A stretch of 64,000 nt of DNA from Escherichia coli (GCF_009931435.1 NZ_CP043414.1), one strand, 5' to 3'; numbered from the stretch's first letter, positions 47,813 to 59,532 are shown. Notes: generated by a model not told the origin, from the sequence alone. Translations and numbers: made by a program.

Positions 47813-50203
47813 ATGGCAATTAACAATACCGGCTCGCGACGATTACTCGTCACGCTAACAGCCCTATTTGCAGCGCTTTGCGGGCTGTATCTTCTCATTG
47901 GCGGAGGCTGGTTGGTCGCGATCGGCGGCTCCTGGTACTACCCTATCGCTGGCCTTGTGATGCTCGGCGTCGCCTGGATGCTGTGGCGCAGCAAACGCGC
48001 CGCACTTTGGCTTTACGCGGCATTGCTGCTTGGCACCATGATTTGGGGCGTCTGGGAAGTGGGTTTCGATTTCTGGGCGCTGACGCCGCGTAGCGACATT
48101 CTGGTCTTCTTTGGCATCTGGCTGATCCTTCCGTTTGTCTGGCGTCGCCTGGTCATTCCTGCCAGCGGCGCAGTTGCCGCGTTGGTGGTCGCGCTGTTGA
48201 TTAGCGGTGGTATCCTCACCTGGGCCGGATTTAACGATCCACAGGAAATCAACGGCACCTTAAGCGCTGATGCTACACCTGCCGAAGCTATCTCCCCCGT
48301 TGCCGATCAAGACTGGCCTGCCTATGGTCGCAATCAGGAAGGTCAACGCTTTTCACCACTGAAACAAATTAACGCTGATAACGTCCACAAGCTGAAAGAA
48401 GCCTGGGTGTTCCGTACAGGCGATGTGAAACAGCCGAACGATCCGGGCGAAATCACCAATGAAGTGACGCCGATTAAAGTAGGCGACACGCTTTACCTGT
48501 GTACCGCTCACCAGCGTTTGTTTGCGCTCGATGCCGCCAGCGGCAAAGAGAAATGGCATTACGATCCTGAGCTGAAAACCAACGAGTCTTTCCAGCATGT
48601 AACCTGCCGTGGTGTCTCTTATCATGAAGCCAAAGCAGAAACTGCTTCGCCGGAAGTGATGGCGGATTGCCCACGTCGTATCATTCTTCCGGTCAATGAT
48701 GGTCGCCTGATTGCACTCAACGCCGAAAATGGCAAGCTGTGTGAAACCTTCGCTAATAAAGGCGTGCTCAACCTGCAAAGCAACATGCCGGACACCAAAC
48801 CGGGTCTGTATGAGCCGACTTCACCACCGATTATCACTGATAAAACCATCGTGATGGCGGGTTCCGTCACTGATAACTTCTCAACCCGCGAAACGTCTGG
48901 CGTGATCCGTGGTTTTGATGTCAATACCGGGGAGCTGTTGTGGGCCTTTGATCCAGGCGCGAAAGATCCGAATGCGATCCCGTCTGACGAACACACCTTT
49001 ACCTTTAACTCGCCAAACTCGTGGGCACCTGCGGCCTATGACGCGAAGCTGGATCTGGTGTATCTGCCGATGGGTGTGACCACGCCAGATATCTGGGGCG
49101 GTAACCGCACCCCAGAACAGGAACGTTATGCCAGCTCGATTCTGGCGCTGAATGCCACTACCGGGAAACTGGCGTGGAGCTATCAGACCGTTCACCACGA
49201 CCTGTGGGATATGGATCTTCCGGCACAGCCAACGCTGGCAGATATCACCGTTAATGGTCAAAAAGTTCCGGTTATTTACGCTCCAGCGAAAACCGGCAAC
49301 ATTTTTGTGCTTGATCGCCGCAATGGTGAACTGGTGGTTCCGGCCCCGGAAAAACCGGTGCCGCAAGGCGCAGCGAAAGGTGATTACGTTACCCCTACTC
49401 AACCGTTTTCTGAACTGAGCTTCCGTCCGACGAAAGATTTAAGCGGTGCGGATATGTGGGGCGCCACCATGTTTGACCAACTGGTGTGCCGCGTAATGTT
49501 CCACCAGATGCGTTATGAAGGTATTTTCACCCCGCCATCTGAACAGGGTACGCTGGTCTTCCCGGGTAACCTGGGGATGTTCGAATGGGGCGGGATTTCC
49601 GTTGATCCGAATCGTGAAGTGGCAATTGCCAACCCAATGGCGCTGCCGTTCGTTTCGAAACTGATCCCACGCGGTCCTGGCAACCCGATGGAACAGCCGA
49701 AAGATGCCAAAGGCACCGGTACGGAATCCGGCATTCAGCCACAGTACGGCGTACCGTATGGCGTTACGCTCAACCCGTTCCTTTCACCGTTTGGTCTGCC
49801 GTGTAAACAGCCAGCATGGGGCTATATCTCGGCCTTGGATCTGAAAACCAACGAAGTGGTGTGGAAGAAACGCATTGGTACGCCGCAGGACAGCATGCCG
49901 TTCCCGATGCCCGTTCCGGTGCCGTTCAATATGGGTATGCCGATGCTGGGCGGGCCAATCTCCACGGCGGGTAACGTGCTATTTATCGCCGCTACGGCAG
50001 ATAACTACCTGCGCGCTTACAACATGAGCAACGGTGAAAAACTGTGGCAGGGCCGTTTACCGGCGGGTGGTCAGGCAACACCGATGACCTATGAAGTGAA
50101 TGGTAAGCAGTATGTGGTGATCTCCGCAGGCGGTCACGGTTCATTTGGTACGAAGATGGGCGACTATATTGTGGCTTATGCGTTGCCGGATGATGTGAAT
50201 TAA
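47813..50203 (+). CDS. gcd: PQQ-dependent membrane glucose dehydrogenase
   Basis: ORF 47795..50203; start placed at MAINNTGSRR (796 aa); N-terminal TM helices plus PQQ beta-propeller. Confidence 0.93.
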   Translation: MAINNTGSRRLLVTLTALFAALCGLYLLIGGGWLVAIGGSWYYPIAGLVMLGVAWMLWRSKRAALWLYAALLLGTMIWGVWEVGFDFWALTPRSDILVFFGIWLILPFVWRRLVIPASGAVAALVVALLISGGILTWAGFNDPQEINGTLSADATPAEAISPVADQDWPAYGRNQEGQRFSPLKQINADNVHKLKEAWVFRTGDVKQPNDPGEITNEVTPIKVGDTLYLCTAHQRLFALDAASGKEKWHYDPELKTNESFQHVTCRGVSYHEAKAETASPEVMADCPRRIILPVNDGRLIALNAENGKLCETFANKGVLNLQSNMPDTKPGLYEPTSPPIITDKTIVMAGSVTDNFSTRETSGVIRGFDVNTGELLWAFDPGAKDPNAIPSDEHTFTFNSPNSWAPAAYDAKLDLVYLPMGVTTPDIWGGNRTPEQERYASSILALNATTGKLAWSYQTVHHDLWDMDLPAQPTLADITVNGQKVPVIYAPAKTGNIFVLDRRNGELVVPAPEKPVPQGAAKGDYVTPTQPFSELSFRPTKDLSGADMWGATMFDQLVCRVMFHQMRYEGIFTPPSEQGTLVFPGNLGMFEWGGISVDPNREVAIANPMALPFVSKLIPRGPGNPMEQPKDAKGTGTESGIQPQYGVPYGVTLNPFLSPFGLPCKQPAWGYISALDLKTNEVVWKKRIGTPQDSMPFPMPVPVPFNMGMPMLGGPISTAGNVLFIAATADNYLRAYNMSNGEKLWQGRLPAGGQATPMTYEVNGKQYVVISAGGHGSFGTKMGDYIVAYALPDDVN

Positions 50204-50215
50204 GATTGACTCATA

Positions 50216-50359
50216 TTGCTGACAAAGTGCGCTTTGTTCATGCCGGATGCGGCGAAAACGCCTTATCCGGCCTACTAAAACTCGCAAATTCAATAAATTG
50301 CAGAGTTCACGTAGGCCTGATAAGCGTAGCGCATCAGGCAGTTTTGCGTTTGTCAGCAG
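50216..50359. repeat. REP pair (BIME) in the gcd-cueO intergenic region
   Basis: GCCGGATGCGGCGAAAACGCCTTATCCGGCCTAC and inverted GTAGGCCTGATAAGCGTAGCGCATCAGGC; flanked by inverted 10-mers TGCTGACAAA / TTTGTCAGCA. Confidence 0.8.
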
Positions 50360-50404
50360 AATAATGCCCGGAGAGATCCGGGCATATTTCCGAATACGGT
50401 CTTT

Positions 50405-51955
50405 TTATACCGTAAACCCTAACATCATCCCCGTATCTTCATGCTCCAGCAGATGGCAGTGCGCCATATATGCATGTTCTTTCGGGGCGTCATGATTAAA
50501 CTTCACCAGGACTTCGCTGACATTACCTTCTACCTTAACGGTATCTTTCCAGCCTGCGCGATGCGTCGCTGGCGGTTTGCCATTTTCCGACAAGATACGG
50601 AACTGCGTACCGTGGATATGGAACGGATGCAGCATCATGTCGCCCACGCCAGAGATAACCCAACGCTCGTACTGCCCTTTTGCTGCCGCAAACATCGGCT
50701 TGTTCATATCAAACGCCTGACCGTTGATTTTATTGGCATGGTGGAAATCGAACTTCCCGTCGTGGTTCATATGATTCATATTGCCGTGCCCCATATGGCC
50801 CATCATCTGGCTGTGGTCCATCCCGGCCATCGCCTGATCGCCATATTTCTCCATCAGCATCTGCATACCAATCATATCGAGCATCGGGTCCATAGAGAGT
50901 TGCAGCTTGCGTACCGTTAATCCATCCAGCGAAGGTAACGCTGGCAGGCTACCTAACGCGTCAGGTAAGGCACCTGAAGCACTAATGGAAATCGGCTGGA
51001 TCCGCATTACCGGATGCGGCTTGTCAAACGGTGCAATTGCCATTCCCATCTGGCTGACCGGTAGCGTCACCAGATCAAAGGGTTTGTTGTCGTTAACCTC
51101 CACCAGCACTTCGAAACGCTCGCCCATCAGCACCGGCAGCTCGCTCACCTTCACTGGTTCAGGTAGCAGACCACCGTCGCTGGCAATCACATACAGCGGG
51201 CGATTGTCACTGGTAGCGAAATTGAGCGAGCGGGCGTTACAGCCATTGAGCAAACGCAGGCGCAGCCAGCCGCGCGGGGCGGCGTGTTGCGGGTAGATAG
51301 CACCGTTGGTCAGCAGCGTATCGCCAAACCAACCCACGGCAGCGGTCATCACATCCAGTTGATAATCAATCTGCCCGTCAGCGTTAAATTTTTTATCCTG
51401 CACGATCACCGGGACATCATCGATACCCCACTGTTTTGGCAGCATTAATTTTAGAATCTCGTCATCTTCAATCACTACCAGCCCCGCCAGCCCCATCGCC
51501 ACCTGTCGCCCGGTTTTGCCATGTTGATGCGGATGGAACCAGCAGGTAGCGGCAGGTTGATCAACGTTCAACGTCACCGTACGCTTGCCACCTGGCGGAA
51601 TAATTCCCTGCGGGCCGCCGTCGACTTCACCCGGTACTTCCAGCCCGTGCCAGTGCAACGTCGTTTCTTCCGTCAGTTGGTTATAGATATCAACCGTTAC
51701 CGCTTTGCCGCGCTGTAATTTCACCGCCGGCCCCAGCAGATTGCCGTTATAGCCCCAGGTAGTTGCCGTTTTTCCGGCAAAGGTGGACTGGCCTGTGCCA
51801 ACAGTTAACTGAATACGATTGCGGGCATCAGTCGTGAGCAAATCAGGGATCGGTAACGTTGGACGCTCCGCCGCAAATACTGCGCGGCTCCACAGCGGCA
51901 AGGCTGAAGCTACGCCCAGCGCAATGGAATATTTCAAGAAATCACGACGTTGCAT
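50405..51955 (-). CDS. cueO: multicopper oxidase CueO (Tat-secreted)
   Basis: ORF 50405..51994; start placed at MQRRDFLK (twin-arginine signal); copper-binding HxH motifs and Met-rich segment. Confidence 0.93.
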   Translation of the reverse strand: MQRRDFLKYSIALGVASALPLWSRAVFAAERPTLPIPDLLTTDARNRIQLTVGTGQSTFAGKTATTWGYNGNLLGPAVKLQRGKAVTVDIYNQLTEETTLHWHGLEVPGEVDGGPQGIIPPGGKRTVTLNVDQPAATCWFHPHQHGKTGRQVAMGLAGLVVIEDDEILKLMLPKQWGIDDVPVIVQDKKFNADGQIDYQLDVMTAAVGWFGDTLLTNGAIYPQHAAPRGWLRLRLLNGCNARSLNFATSDNRPLYVIASDGGLLPEPVKVSELPVLMGERFEVLVEVNDNKPFDLVTLPVSQMGMAIAPFDKPHPVMRIQPISISASGALPDALGSLPALPSLDGLTVRKLQLSMDPMLDMIGMQMLMEKYGDQAMAGMDHSQMMGHMGHGNMNHMNHDGKFDFHHANKINGQAFDMNKPMFAAAKGQYERWVISGVGDMMLHPFHIHGTQFRILSENGKPPATHRAGWKDTVKVEGNVSEVLVKFNHDAPKEHAYMAHCHLLEHEDTGMMLGFTV

Positions 51956-52120
51956 AGTTATTTCCTTATTCTTAAGCAGGCGAAACAAAATCAAACGTTG
52001 AGCATAGTCCTTCCCCTTACGGGAAGGTCAAGCCGCAGACACAATTTAATCAACAATAATGGTCGTCGCCTCGCTCGCAGTGTGCTAACGTTTATCTTCT
52101 TTAAGCCCCTGGTAGAAGCA

Positions 52121-52468
52121 ATGAAGACGTTTTTCAGAACAGTGTTATTCGGCAGCTTGATGGCCGTCTGCGCAAACAGTTACGCGCTCAGCGAGTCTGA
52201 AGCCGAAGATATGGCCGATTTAACGGCAGTTTTTGTCTTTCTGAAGAACGATTGTGGTTACCAGAACTTACCAAACGGGCAGATTCGTCGCGCACTGGTC
52301 TTTTTCGCCCAGCAAAACCAGTGGGATCTCAGCAACTACGATACCTTCGACATGAAAGCCCTCGGTGAAGACAGCTACCGCGATCTCAGCGGCATCGGCA
52401 TTCCCGTCGCTAAAAAATGCAAAGCCCTGGCTCGCGATTCCTTAAGCCTGCTTGCCTACGTCAAATAA
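52121..52468 (+). CDS. yacC: uncharacterised periplasmic protein YacC
   Basis: ORF 51950..52468; start placed at MKTFFRTVLFGSLMAVCANSYA (signal peptide; 115 aa). Confidence 0.85.
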   Translation: MKTFFRTVLFGSLMAVCANSYALSESEAEDMADLTAVFVFLKNDCGYQNLPNGQIRRALVFFAQQNQWDLSNYDTFDMKALGEDSYRDLSGIGIPVAKKCKALARDSLSLLAYVK

Positions 52469-52573
52469 TCCCTGATACCTTTTTGTAGAAATATTGACCG
52501 TGCATCCGCGGTCAATGTTAGCTATTATGTTGCGCCCTTTTTTTACGGGTGTTAACAAAGGAGGTATCAACCC

Positions 52574-53440
52574 ATGGCCGAAAAAAAACAGTGGCATGAA
52601 ACGCTACACGACCAGTTTGGGCAGTACTTTGCGGTAGATAACGTTCTGTATCATGAAAAGACCGATCACCAGGATCTGATCATTTTTGAGAACGCTGCAT
52701 TTGGCCGCGTAATGGCGCTGGATGGCGTAGTACAAACCACCGAGCGCGACGAGTTTATCTATCATGAGATGATGACCCACGTTCCGCTATTAGCCCACGG
52801 TCACGCGAAACATGTGCTGATTATCGGCGGCGGCGACGGTGCCATGCTGCGTGAAGTGACCCGACATAAAAACGTTGAGTCAATCACGATGGTGGAAATC
52901 GATGCGGGTGTCGTGTCGTTCTGCCGTCAGTATCTGCCCAACCATAACGCCGGTAGCTACGACGATCCGCGCTTTAAACTGGTGATCGACGATGGCGTCA
53001 ATTTCGTTAATCAAACCAGCCAGACCTTTGATGTCATTATCTCCGACTGCACCGATCCTATCGGTCCCGGCGAAAGTCTGTTCACCTCAGCATTTTATGA
53101 AGGCTGCAAACGTTGCCTGAATCCAGGCGGTATTTTTGTCGCACAGAACGGCGTCTGCTTTTTACAGCAGGAAGAGGCCATTGACAGCTATCGTAAACTC
53201 AGCCATTACTTCAGCGATGTTGGCTTTTATCAGGCGGCAATCCCGACCTATTACGGCGGCATCATGACCTTTGCATGGGCGACAGATAACGACGCCTTAC
53301 GCCATCTCTCAAGCGAAATTATTCAGGCGCGTTTTCTCGCCTCTGGCCTGAAATGCCGTTATTACAATCCGGCAGTCCATACGGCAGCTTTTGCCTTACC
53401 TCAGTATCTGCAAGACGCACTGGCCTCACAGCCGTCCTAA
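52574..53440 (+). CDS. speE: spermidine synthase
   Basis: 288-aa ORF with aminopropyltransferase motifs (GGGDG). Confidence 0.95.
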   Translation: MAEKKQWHETLHDQFGQYFAVDNVLYHEKTDHQDLIIFENAAFGRVMALDGVVQTTERDEFIYHEMMTHVPLLAHGHAKHVLIIGGGDGAMLREVTRHKNVESITMVEIDAGVVSFCRQYLPNHNAGSYDDPRFKLVIDDGVNFVNQTSQTFDVIISDCTDPIGPGESLFTSAFYEGCKRCLNPGGIFVAQNGVCFLQQEEAIDSYRKLSHYFSDVGFYQAAIPTYYGGIMTFAWATDNDALRHLSSEIIQARFLASGLKCRYYNPAVHTAAFALPQYLQDALASQPS

Positions 53441-53455
53441 GGAGAAGATAAGAAA

Positions 53456-54250
53456 TTGAAAAAACTGAAACTGCATGGCTTTAATAATCTGACCAAAAGT
53501 CTGAGTTTTTGTATTTACGATATCTGCTATGCCAAAACTGCCGAAGAGCGCGACGGTTATATCGCTTATATCGATGAACTCTATAATGCCAACCGCCTGA
53601 CCGAAATTCTGTCAGAAACCTGTTCCATTATCGGAGCCAATATTCTTAACATCGCCCGCCAGGATTACGAACCACAGGGTGCCAGCGTCACTATTCTGGT
53701 GAGTGAAGAACCGGTCGACCCGAAACTTATCGACAAAACAGAACACCCTGGACCACTGCCAGAAACGGTCGTTGCCCATCTCGATAAAAGTCATATTTGC
53801 GTACATACCTATCCGGAAAGCCATCCTGAAGGCGGTTTATGTACCTTCCGCGCTGATATTGAAGTCTCGACCTGCGGCGTGATTTCTCCGTTGAAGGCAC
53901 TGAATTACCTGATCCACCAGCTTGAATCCGATATCGTGACCATTGATTATCGCGTGCGCGGTTTTACCCGCGACATTAACGGTATGAAGCACTTTATCGA
54001 CCATGAGATTAATTCGATTCAGAACTTTATGTCCGAGGATATGAAGGCGCTGTATGACATGGTGGATGTGAACGTCTATCAGGAAAATATCTTCCATACA
54101 AAAATGTTGCTTAAAGAGTTCGATCTTAAGCACTACATGTTCCACACTAAACCGGAAGATTTAACCGACAGCGAGCGCCAGGAAATTACCGCTGCGCTGT
54201 GGAAAGAAATGCGCGAGATTTATTACGGGCGCAATATGCCAGCTGTTTAA
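53456..54250 (+). CDS. speD: S-adenosylmethionine decarboxylase proenzyme
   Basis: 264-aa ORF starting at TTG (MKKLKLHGF); pyruvoyl-enzyme cleavage region. Confidence 0.93.
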   Translation: MKKLKLHGFNNLTKSLSFCIYDICYAKTAEERDGYIAYIDELYNANRLTEILSETCSIIGANILNIARQDYEPQGASVTILVSEEPVDPKLIDKTEHPGPLPETVVAHLDKSHICVHTYPESHPEGGLCTFRADIEVSTCGVISPLKALNYLIHQLESDIVTIDYRVRGFTRDINGMKHFIDHEINSIQNFMSEDMKALYDMVDVNVYQENIFHTKMLLKEFDLKHYMFHTKPEDLTDSERQEITAALWKEMREIYYGRNMPAV

Positions 54251-54287
54251 CGGCTCTGGCGGAGCTCGCAGGCTCCGCCAGATTTAT

Positions 54288-54650
54288 CTACTTCTGCTGC
54301 ACAAAATCGCGATAAGCCGCCACTACCTGCAAGAAGTCCTCAACGCCGCACAGCGACAGGCTTTCCTCGTCGTAGTAGTTCATCCCCTCTTCCATTTCAT
54401 CGCCAGCGAATTCCAGTTGATTGGCGCGAACCATCACCTCTTCACCGTCCATCCACAGGGTGTATTCATGCCCTGCCCGCTGCCAGGAACGTTCGCTGCC
54501 TTTGAGCGTGCGCGCTGCGTCTTCCACTTCGTCAAGCAAGGCCAGGTTTTCTTTCACCTCTTCATTAAACCAGTGCCCGATGACTTCATGCCCCATGGAC
54601 ATGCGCACCTTTACCACTCCGGTTACATCGCGCAGAAATTCGTAATCCAT
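54288..54650 (-). CDS. yacL: UPF0231 protein YacL
   Basis: ORF 54288..54698; start placed at MDYEFLRDV (120 aa). Confidence 0.85.
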   Translation of the reverse strand: MDYEFLRDVTGVVKVRMSMGHEVIGHWFNEEVKENLALLDEVEDAARTLKGSERSWQRAGHEYTLWMDGEEVMVRANQLEFAGDEMEEGMNYYDEESLSLCGVEDFLQVVAAYRDFVQQK

Positions 54651-54752
54651 AGTGTGTTCCTCTGCTCCCGGCAATGCGCCGAAATCGCATTGCGCCATTG
54701 ATTTAATTATCGCAGCCTTATCGGAGAAAAACAGCGGAACGGCGATGGTTTA

Positions 54753-54790
54753 GAAATAAAAAATGCCCGGGAATCTCATTCACCGGGCAT
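54753..54790 (-). terminator. rho-independent terminator after acnB
   Basis: stem ATGCCCGG/CCGGGCAT with a minus-strand T-run (TTTTTATTT), ~35 bp after the acnB stop. Confidence 0.65.
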
Positions 54791-54824
54791 TGTCTCGTTT
54801 ATGCGCAGCGGGTGCGCTTACTTA

Positions 54825-57422
54825 TTAAACCGCAGTCTGGAAAATCACCCCATCCGCTTTTTCGGTGTACTGAGAAAGCTGGTTGAAGTTCAGATAACGA
54901 TAAGTATCAACGGCTGTTTTATCTACCTGCGCCACGTAGGTCTGGTACTCTTCCGGCGTCGGCAGTTTGCCAATCAGCGCCGCAACAGCAGCCAGTTCCG
55001 CAGAAGCCAGGAAGACGTTCGCGCCAGTCCCCAGACGGTTCGGGAAGTTACGGGTAGAGGTGGAAACCACCGTCGCACCGTCCGCTACACGCGCCTGGTT
55101 ACCCATACACAGGGAACAGCCAGGGATCTCGATACGCGCACCACTCTTACCGAAGACGCTGTAGTAGCCTTCTTCGGTCAACTGCGCGGCGTCCATACGC
55201 GTTGGCGGTGCCACCCACAGGCGGGTCGGCAACTGACCTTTGTGCGCATCCAGCAGTTTACCGGCGGCACGGAAGTGACCGATGTTGGTCATGCAAGAAC
55301 CGATAAACACTTCGTCGATCTTCTCGCCCTGTACCGCAGACAGCGGACGTGCGTCGTCCGGGTCGTTCGGTGCACAGAGGATTGGCTCTTTGATATCAGC
55401 CAGATCGATATCGATTACTGCTGCGTATTCTGCATCAGCATCGGCTTCCAGCAGCTCAGGATTCGCCAACCATTTTTCCATACCCTGAATACGGCGTTCC
55501 AGGGTACGACGATCGCCATAACCTTCCGCGATCATCCACTTCAGCAGGACGATGTTAGAGTTCAGGTATTCAATGATCGGCTCTTTGTTCAGCTTGATGG
55601 TACAACCGGCAGCAGAACGCTCGGCGGACGCATCGGTCAGCTCAAAGGCCTGCTCAACTTTCAGATCCGGCAGACCTTCGATTTCCAGAATGCGACCAGA
55701 GAAGATGTTTTTCTTGCCTTTCTTCTCAACGGTCAGCAGACCTTGTTTGATCGCATACAGCGGAATGGCGTGTACCAGATCGCGCAGGGTGATGCCTGGC
55801 TGCATTTTGCCTTTGAAGCGAACCAGAACGGATTCCGGCATATCCAGCGGCATTACGCCTGTTGCAGCTGCAAATGCCACCAGACCAGAGCCCGCCGGGA
55901 AAGAGATACCGATCGGGAAACGGGTATGGGAGTCACCGCCAGTACCGACGGTATCCGGCAGCAGCATACGGTTCAGCCAGGAGTGGATTACGCCATCACC
56001 CGGACGCAGCGACACACCGCCACGGTTCATGATGAAGTCCGGCAGCGTGTGGTGCGTGTTCACGTCAACTGGTTTCGGATAAGCCGCTGTGTGACAGAAA
56101 GACTGCATCACCAGATCAGCCGAGAAGCCCAGGCACGCCAGGTCTTTCAGTTCATCACGGGTCATTGGGCCGGTGGTGTCCTGGGAACCTACAGAGGTCA
56201 TTTTCGGTTCGCAGTACGCCCCCGGACGAATGCCTTTCACGCCGCAGGCACGACCGACCATTTTCTGCGCCAGCGAGAAGCCGCGATCGCTCTCAGCGAC
56301 ATCTTTCGCCTGACGGAACACATCGCTCTGCGGCAGGCCGAGTGCTTCACGTGCTTTGGTGGTCAGGCCACGCCCGATAATCAGCGGAATACGGCCACCT
56401 GCTCGCACTTCATCAATCAGCACGTCGGTTTTCAGTTCGAAGGTCGCCAGCAGTTCGCCGGTTTCGTGGTTACGCACTTCACCTTTGTACGGGTAAACGT
56501 CAATCACGTCGCCCATGTTCAGGTTAGAGACGTCGACTTCGATTGGCAGTGCACCCGCGTCTTCCATCGTATTAAAGAAGATTGGTGCAATTTTACCACC
56601 GAGGCACAAACCACCGCCGCGTTTGTTCGGTACATGAGGAATGTCTTCACCCATAAACCACAGCACGGAGTTAGTCGCAGATTTACGTGAGGAACCGGTA
56701 CCCACAACGTCACCCACATAGGCCAGCGGGAAACCTTTCTGTTGCAGAGCTTCGATTTGCTTGATCGGACCAACAACACCCGGCTGATCTGGCTCAATAC
56801 CTTCACGCGCGTTTTTCAGCATCGCCAGCGCGTGCAGTGGGATATCCGGGCGCGACCACGCATCCGGTGCCGGAGAGAGGTCATCGGTGTTGGTTTCGCC
56901 AGTTACTTTGAAGACGGTAACGGTCAGTTTTTCAGCCAGCGCCGGGCGATTCAGGAACCATTCGGCATCCGCCCAGGACTGCATTACCTGCTTCGCATAT
57001 TCGTTACCTGCTTTCGCTTTCTCTTCTACGTCATAGAAGTTATCGAACATCAGCAGCGTGTGAGAAAGTGCTTTGGCAGCGATCGGTGCCAGTTTGGCAT
57101 CATCCAGCGCGTCGATCAGCGGATGAATATTATAACCACCCTGCATGGTGCCCAGCAGTTCGATGGCTTTTTCCGGAGTCAGCAGTGGGGATTTAGCTTC
57201 GCCTTTGGCGACAGCAGCCAGGAAGCCTGCTTTGACATAGGCGGCTTCATCGACGCCAGGGGGAACACGGTTGGTTAACAGATCTAACAGGAATTCTTCA
57301 TCGCCCGCGGGCGGGTTTTTCAGCAGCTCTACAAGTGCGGCCATTTGGTTTGCATCCAGGGGTTTGGGCGCAATCCCCTCAGCGGCACGCTCAGCTACGT
57401 GCTTACGGTATTCTTCTAGCAC
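54825..57422 (-). CDS. acnB: aconitate hydratase B / 2-methylisocitrate dehydratase
   Basis: ORF 54825..57575; start placed at the GTG at 57422 (VLEEYRKHV) preceded by AGGAGAA; 865 aa; Fe-S ligand cysteines. Confidence 0.93.
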   Translation of the reverse strand: MLEEYRKHVAERAAEGIAPKPLDANQMAALVELLKNPPAGDEEFLLDLLTNRVPPGVDEAAYVKAGFLAAVAKGEAKSPLLTPEKAIELLGTMQGGYNIHPLIDALDDAKLAPIAAKALSHTLLMFDNFYDVEEKAKAGNEYAKQVMQSWADAEWFLNRPALAEKLTVTVFKVTGETNTDDLSPAPDAWSRPDIPLHALAMLKNAREGIEPDQPGVVGPIKQIEALQQKGFPLAYVGDVVGTGSSRKSATNSVLWFMGEDIPHVPNKRGGGLCLGGKIAPIFFNTMEDAGALPIEVDVSNLNMGDVIDVYPYKGEVRNHETGELLATFELKTDVLIDEVRAGGRIPLIIGRGLTTKAREALGLPQSDVFRQAKDVAESDRGFSLAQKMVGRACGVKGIRPGAYCEPKMTSVGSQDTTGPMTRDELKDLACLGFSADLVMQSFCHTAAYPKPVDVNTHHTLPDFIMNRGGVSLRPGDGVIHSWLNRMLLPDTVGTGGDSHTRFPIGISFPAGSGLVAFAAATGVMPLDMPESVLVRFKGKMQPGITLRDLVHAIPLYAIKQGLLTVEKKGKKNIFSGRILEIEGLPDLKVEQAFELTDASAERSAAGCTIKLNKEPIIEYLNSNIVLLKWMIAEGYGDRRTLERRIQGMEKWLANPELLEADADAEYAAVIDIDLADIKEPILCAPNDPDDARPLSAVQGEKIDEVFIGSCMTNIGHFRAAGKLLDAHKGQLPTRLWVAPPTRMDAAQLTEEGYYSVFGKSGARIEIPGCSLCMGNQARVADGATVVSTSTRNFPNRLGTGANVFLASAELAAVAALIGKLPTPEEYQTYVAQVDKTAVDTYRYLNFNQLSQYTEKADGVIFQTAV

Positions 57423-57776
57423 GACGGTTCTCCTCGCTCTCATTGTCATAGTGCGGCAGGCGATTCTCTTCACGCTCCTGTGAGACAGCAGTTTGTAGGG
57501 TAAATGCCCAGTACCGCAACGGGCAGAATAGCAGGATTTTGACGATGTGTTAATCTGTTTACAAAAAAGCAACATAAAAAAGTGGCTGAATCGTTAAGGA
57601 TAGTCTAGAGATTGTTTCCCTCCGTAAAAACCTCGTTAATTCGCATGGTGATAATCACCTTTCTCAACGAATCCCAAGATTAGTCAAAATTTAAACTACC
57701 GCCTCTTTATACTCGGATTCATAGCACCTGCGGGTGGCAGTTCGCCGACCATTGCGATTTCCTTGAGATCCGAATT

Positions 57777-59522
57777 ATGAAAATGACTTTGCCGTTTAAA
57801 CCCCATGTGCTGGCGCTAATTTGCAGTGCCGGGCTTTGTGCCGCCTCTGCCGGGCTATATATAAAAAGCCGCACAGTGGAAGCGCCTGTGGAAGCGCAAT
57901 CGACACAACTGGCTGCGCCTGACATCACCGCAGTTACGCTTCCTGCAACGGTTTCCGCACCGCCCGTAACGCCCGCCGTCGTTAAAACCGCATTCAGCAC
58001 TGCGCAAATAGATCAATGGGTTGCACCTGTCGCGCTGTACCCCGACTCTCTGCTTTCACAAGTGTTAATGGCATCAACCTATCCGACAAACGTTGCGCAA
58101 GCAGTGCAATGGTCGCACGATAATCCACTTAAACAAGGCGATGCTGCTATTCAGGCGGTATCTGACCAGCCGTGGGACGCCAGCGTCAAATCGCTGGTGG
58201 CTTTTCCGCAATTGATGGCGTTAATGGGCGAAAACCCGCAGTGGGTGCAAAATCTTGGCGACGCATTTCTGGCGCAACCACAGGACGTAATGGACTCGGT
58301 ACAGCGGTTGCGGCAACTGGCGCAACAAACCGGCTCGCTGAAGTCATCAACCGAACAGAAAGTTATTACCACAACGAAGAAAGCTATACCGGTAAAACAG
58401 ACAGTCACGGCTCCCGTCATACCATCCAATACCGTTACAACTGCCAACCCTGTCATTACAGAGCCTGCAACAACCGTCATTTCCATTGAGCCCGCCAATC
58501 CTGATGTGGTCTATATTCCCAACTACAACCCAACCGTGGTTTACGGGAACTGGGCCAATACTGCGTATCCGCCGGTTTATCTGCCACCACCAGCCGGAGA
58601 ACCGTTTGTTGACAGCTTTGTGCGCGGATTCGGCTATAGCATGGGCGTTGCTACCACGTACGCACTATTCAGCAGCATCGACTGGGACGATGACCATCAT
58701 CATGACGATGATGATTATCACCACCACGATGGCGGTCATCGTGACGGTAATGGCTGGCAACACAACGGCGACAACATCAATATCGACGTCAACAATTTCA
58801 ACCGTATCACCGGTGAGCATCTTACTGATAAGAACATGGCATGGCGGCACAATCCAAACTACCGTAATGGTGTGCCCTATCATGATCAGGATATGGCAAA
58901 GCGGTTTCACCAAACCGATGTCAACGGCGGCATGAGCGCCACGCAGTTACCTGCTCCAACACGCGACAGCCAGCGTCAGGCGGCAGCAAGTCAGTTTCAG
59001 CAACGAACACACGCCACACCCGTCATTACGCGAGATACACAACGTCAGGCGGCGGCACAGCGATTTAATGAAGCGGAACACTATGGGAGCTATGACGACT
59101 TCCGCGAGTTCAGCTGTCGCCAACCACTGACCCAGCAACAAAAGGACGCCGCTCGTCAGCGTTATCAGTCGGCCTCTCCTGAGCAGCGCCAGGCAGTCCG
59201 CGAGAGAATGCAGACTAACCCGCAGAACCAGCAGAGAAGAGAAGCGGCACGTGAGCGTATTCAGTCAGCCTCGCCTGAGCAGCGCCAGGCGGTTCGCGAG
59301 AAAATGCAGACTAACCCGCAGAACCAGCAGCGAAGAGAGGCAGCGCGTGAGCGTATACAATCAGCATCACCTGAACAACGTCAGGTTTTTCGGGAGAAAG
59401 TTCAGGAGAGCCGCCCACAACGTCTAAACGACAGTAACCGTACTGCCCGATTGAATAACGAGCAACGGTCAGCAGTACGCGAACGTCTCTCTGAGCACGG
59501 AGCAAGGCGACTGGAAAGGTAA
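57777..59522 (+). CDS. yacH: DUF3300-family secreted protein YacH
   Basis: 581-aa ORF with signal peptide, Asp/His-rich segment and C-terminal tandem repeats; divergent from acnB. Confidence 0.8.
   Translation: MKMTLPFKPHVLALICSAGLCAASAGLYIKSRTVEAPVEAQSTQLAAPDITAVTLPATVSAPPVTPAVVKTAFSTAQIDQWVAPVALYPDSLLSQVLMASTYPTNVAQAVQWSHDNPLKQGDAAIQAVSDQPWDASVKSLVAFPQLMALMGENPQWVQNLGDAFLAQPQDVMDSVQRLRQLAQQTGSLKSSTEQKVITTTKKAIPVKQTVTAPVIPSNTVTTANPVITEPATTVISIEPANPDVVYIPNYNPTVVYGNWANTAYPPVYLPPPAGEPFVDSFVRGFGYSMGVATTYALFSSIDWDDDHHHDDDDYHHHDGGHRDGNGWQHNGDNINIDVNNFNRITGEHLTDKNMAWRHNPNYRNGVPYHDQDMAKRFHQTDVNGGMSATQLPAPTRDSQRQAAASQFQQRTHATPVITRDTQRQAAAQRFNEAEHYGSYDDFREFSCRQPLTQQQKDAARQRYQSASPEQRQAVRERMQTNPQNQQRREAARERIQSASPEQRQAVREKMQTNPQNQQRREAARERIQSASPEQRQVFREKVQESRPQRLNDSNRTARLNNEQRSAVRERLSEHGARRLER
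59154..59410 (+). repeat. ~96-bp in-frame tandem repeat (about 2.7 copies) within yacH
   Basis: units start at 59154, 59250 and 59346; encode ...QSASPEQRQAVRE(R/K)MQTNPQNQQRREAARERI... Confidence 0.85.
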
Positions 59523-59532
59523 ATTACAGACG

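Noticed and set aside
54801-56690. 629-codon ORF on the + strand, entirely antisense to acnB
   Set aside because: Its translation is low-complexity and Arg/Thr/His-rich with no recognisable domain, and the opposite strand encodes a well-conserved AcnB; classic antisense shadow ORF in GC-rich coding DNA.
59154-59410. Regular repeats that could be mistaken for a CRISPR array
   Set aside because: The units are 96 bp, contiguous with no unique spacers, in-frame inside yacH and protein-coding; no cas genes are present anywhere in the window.
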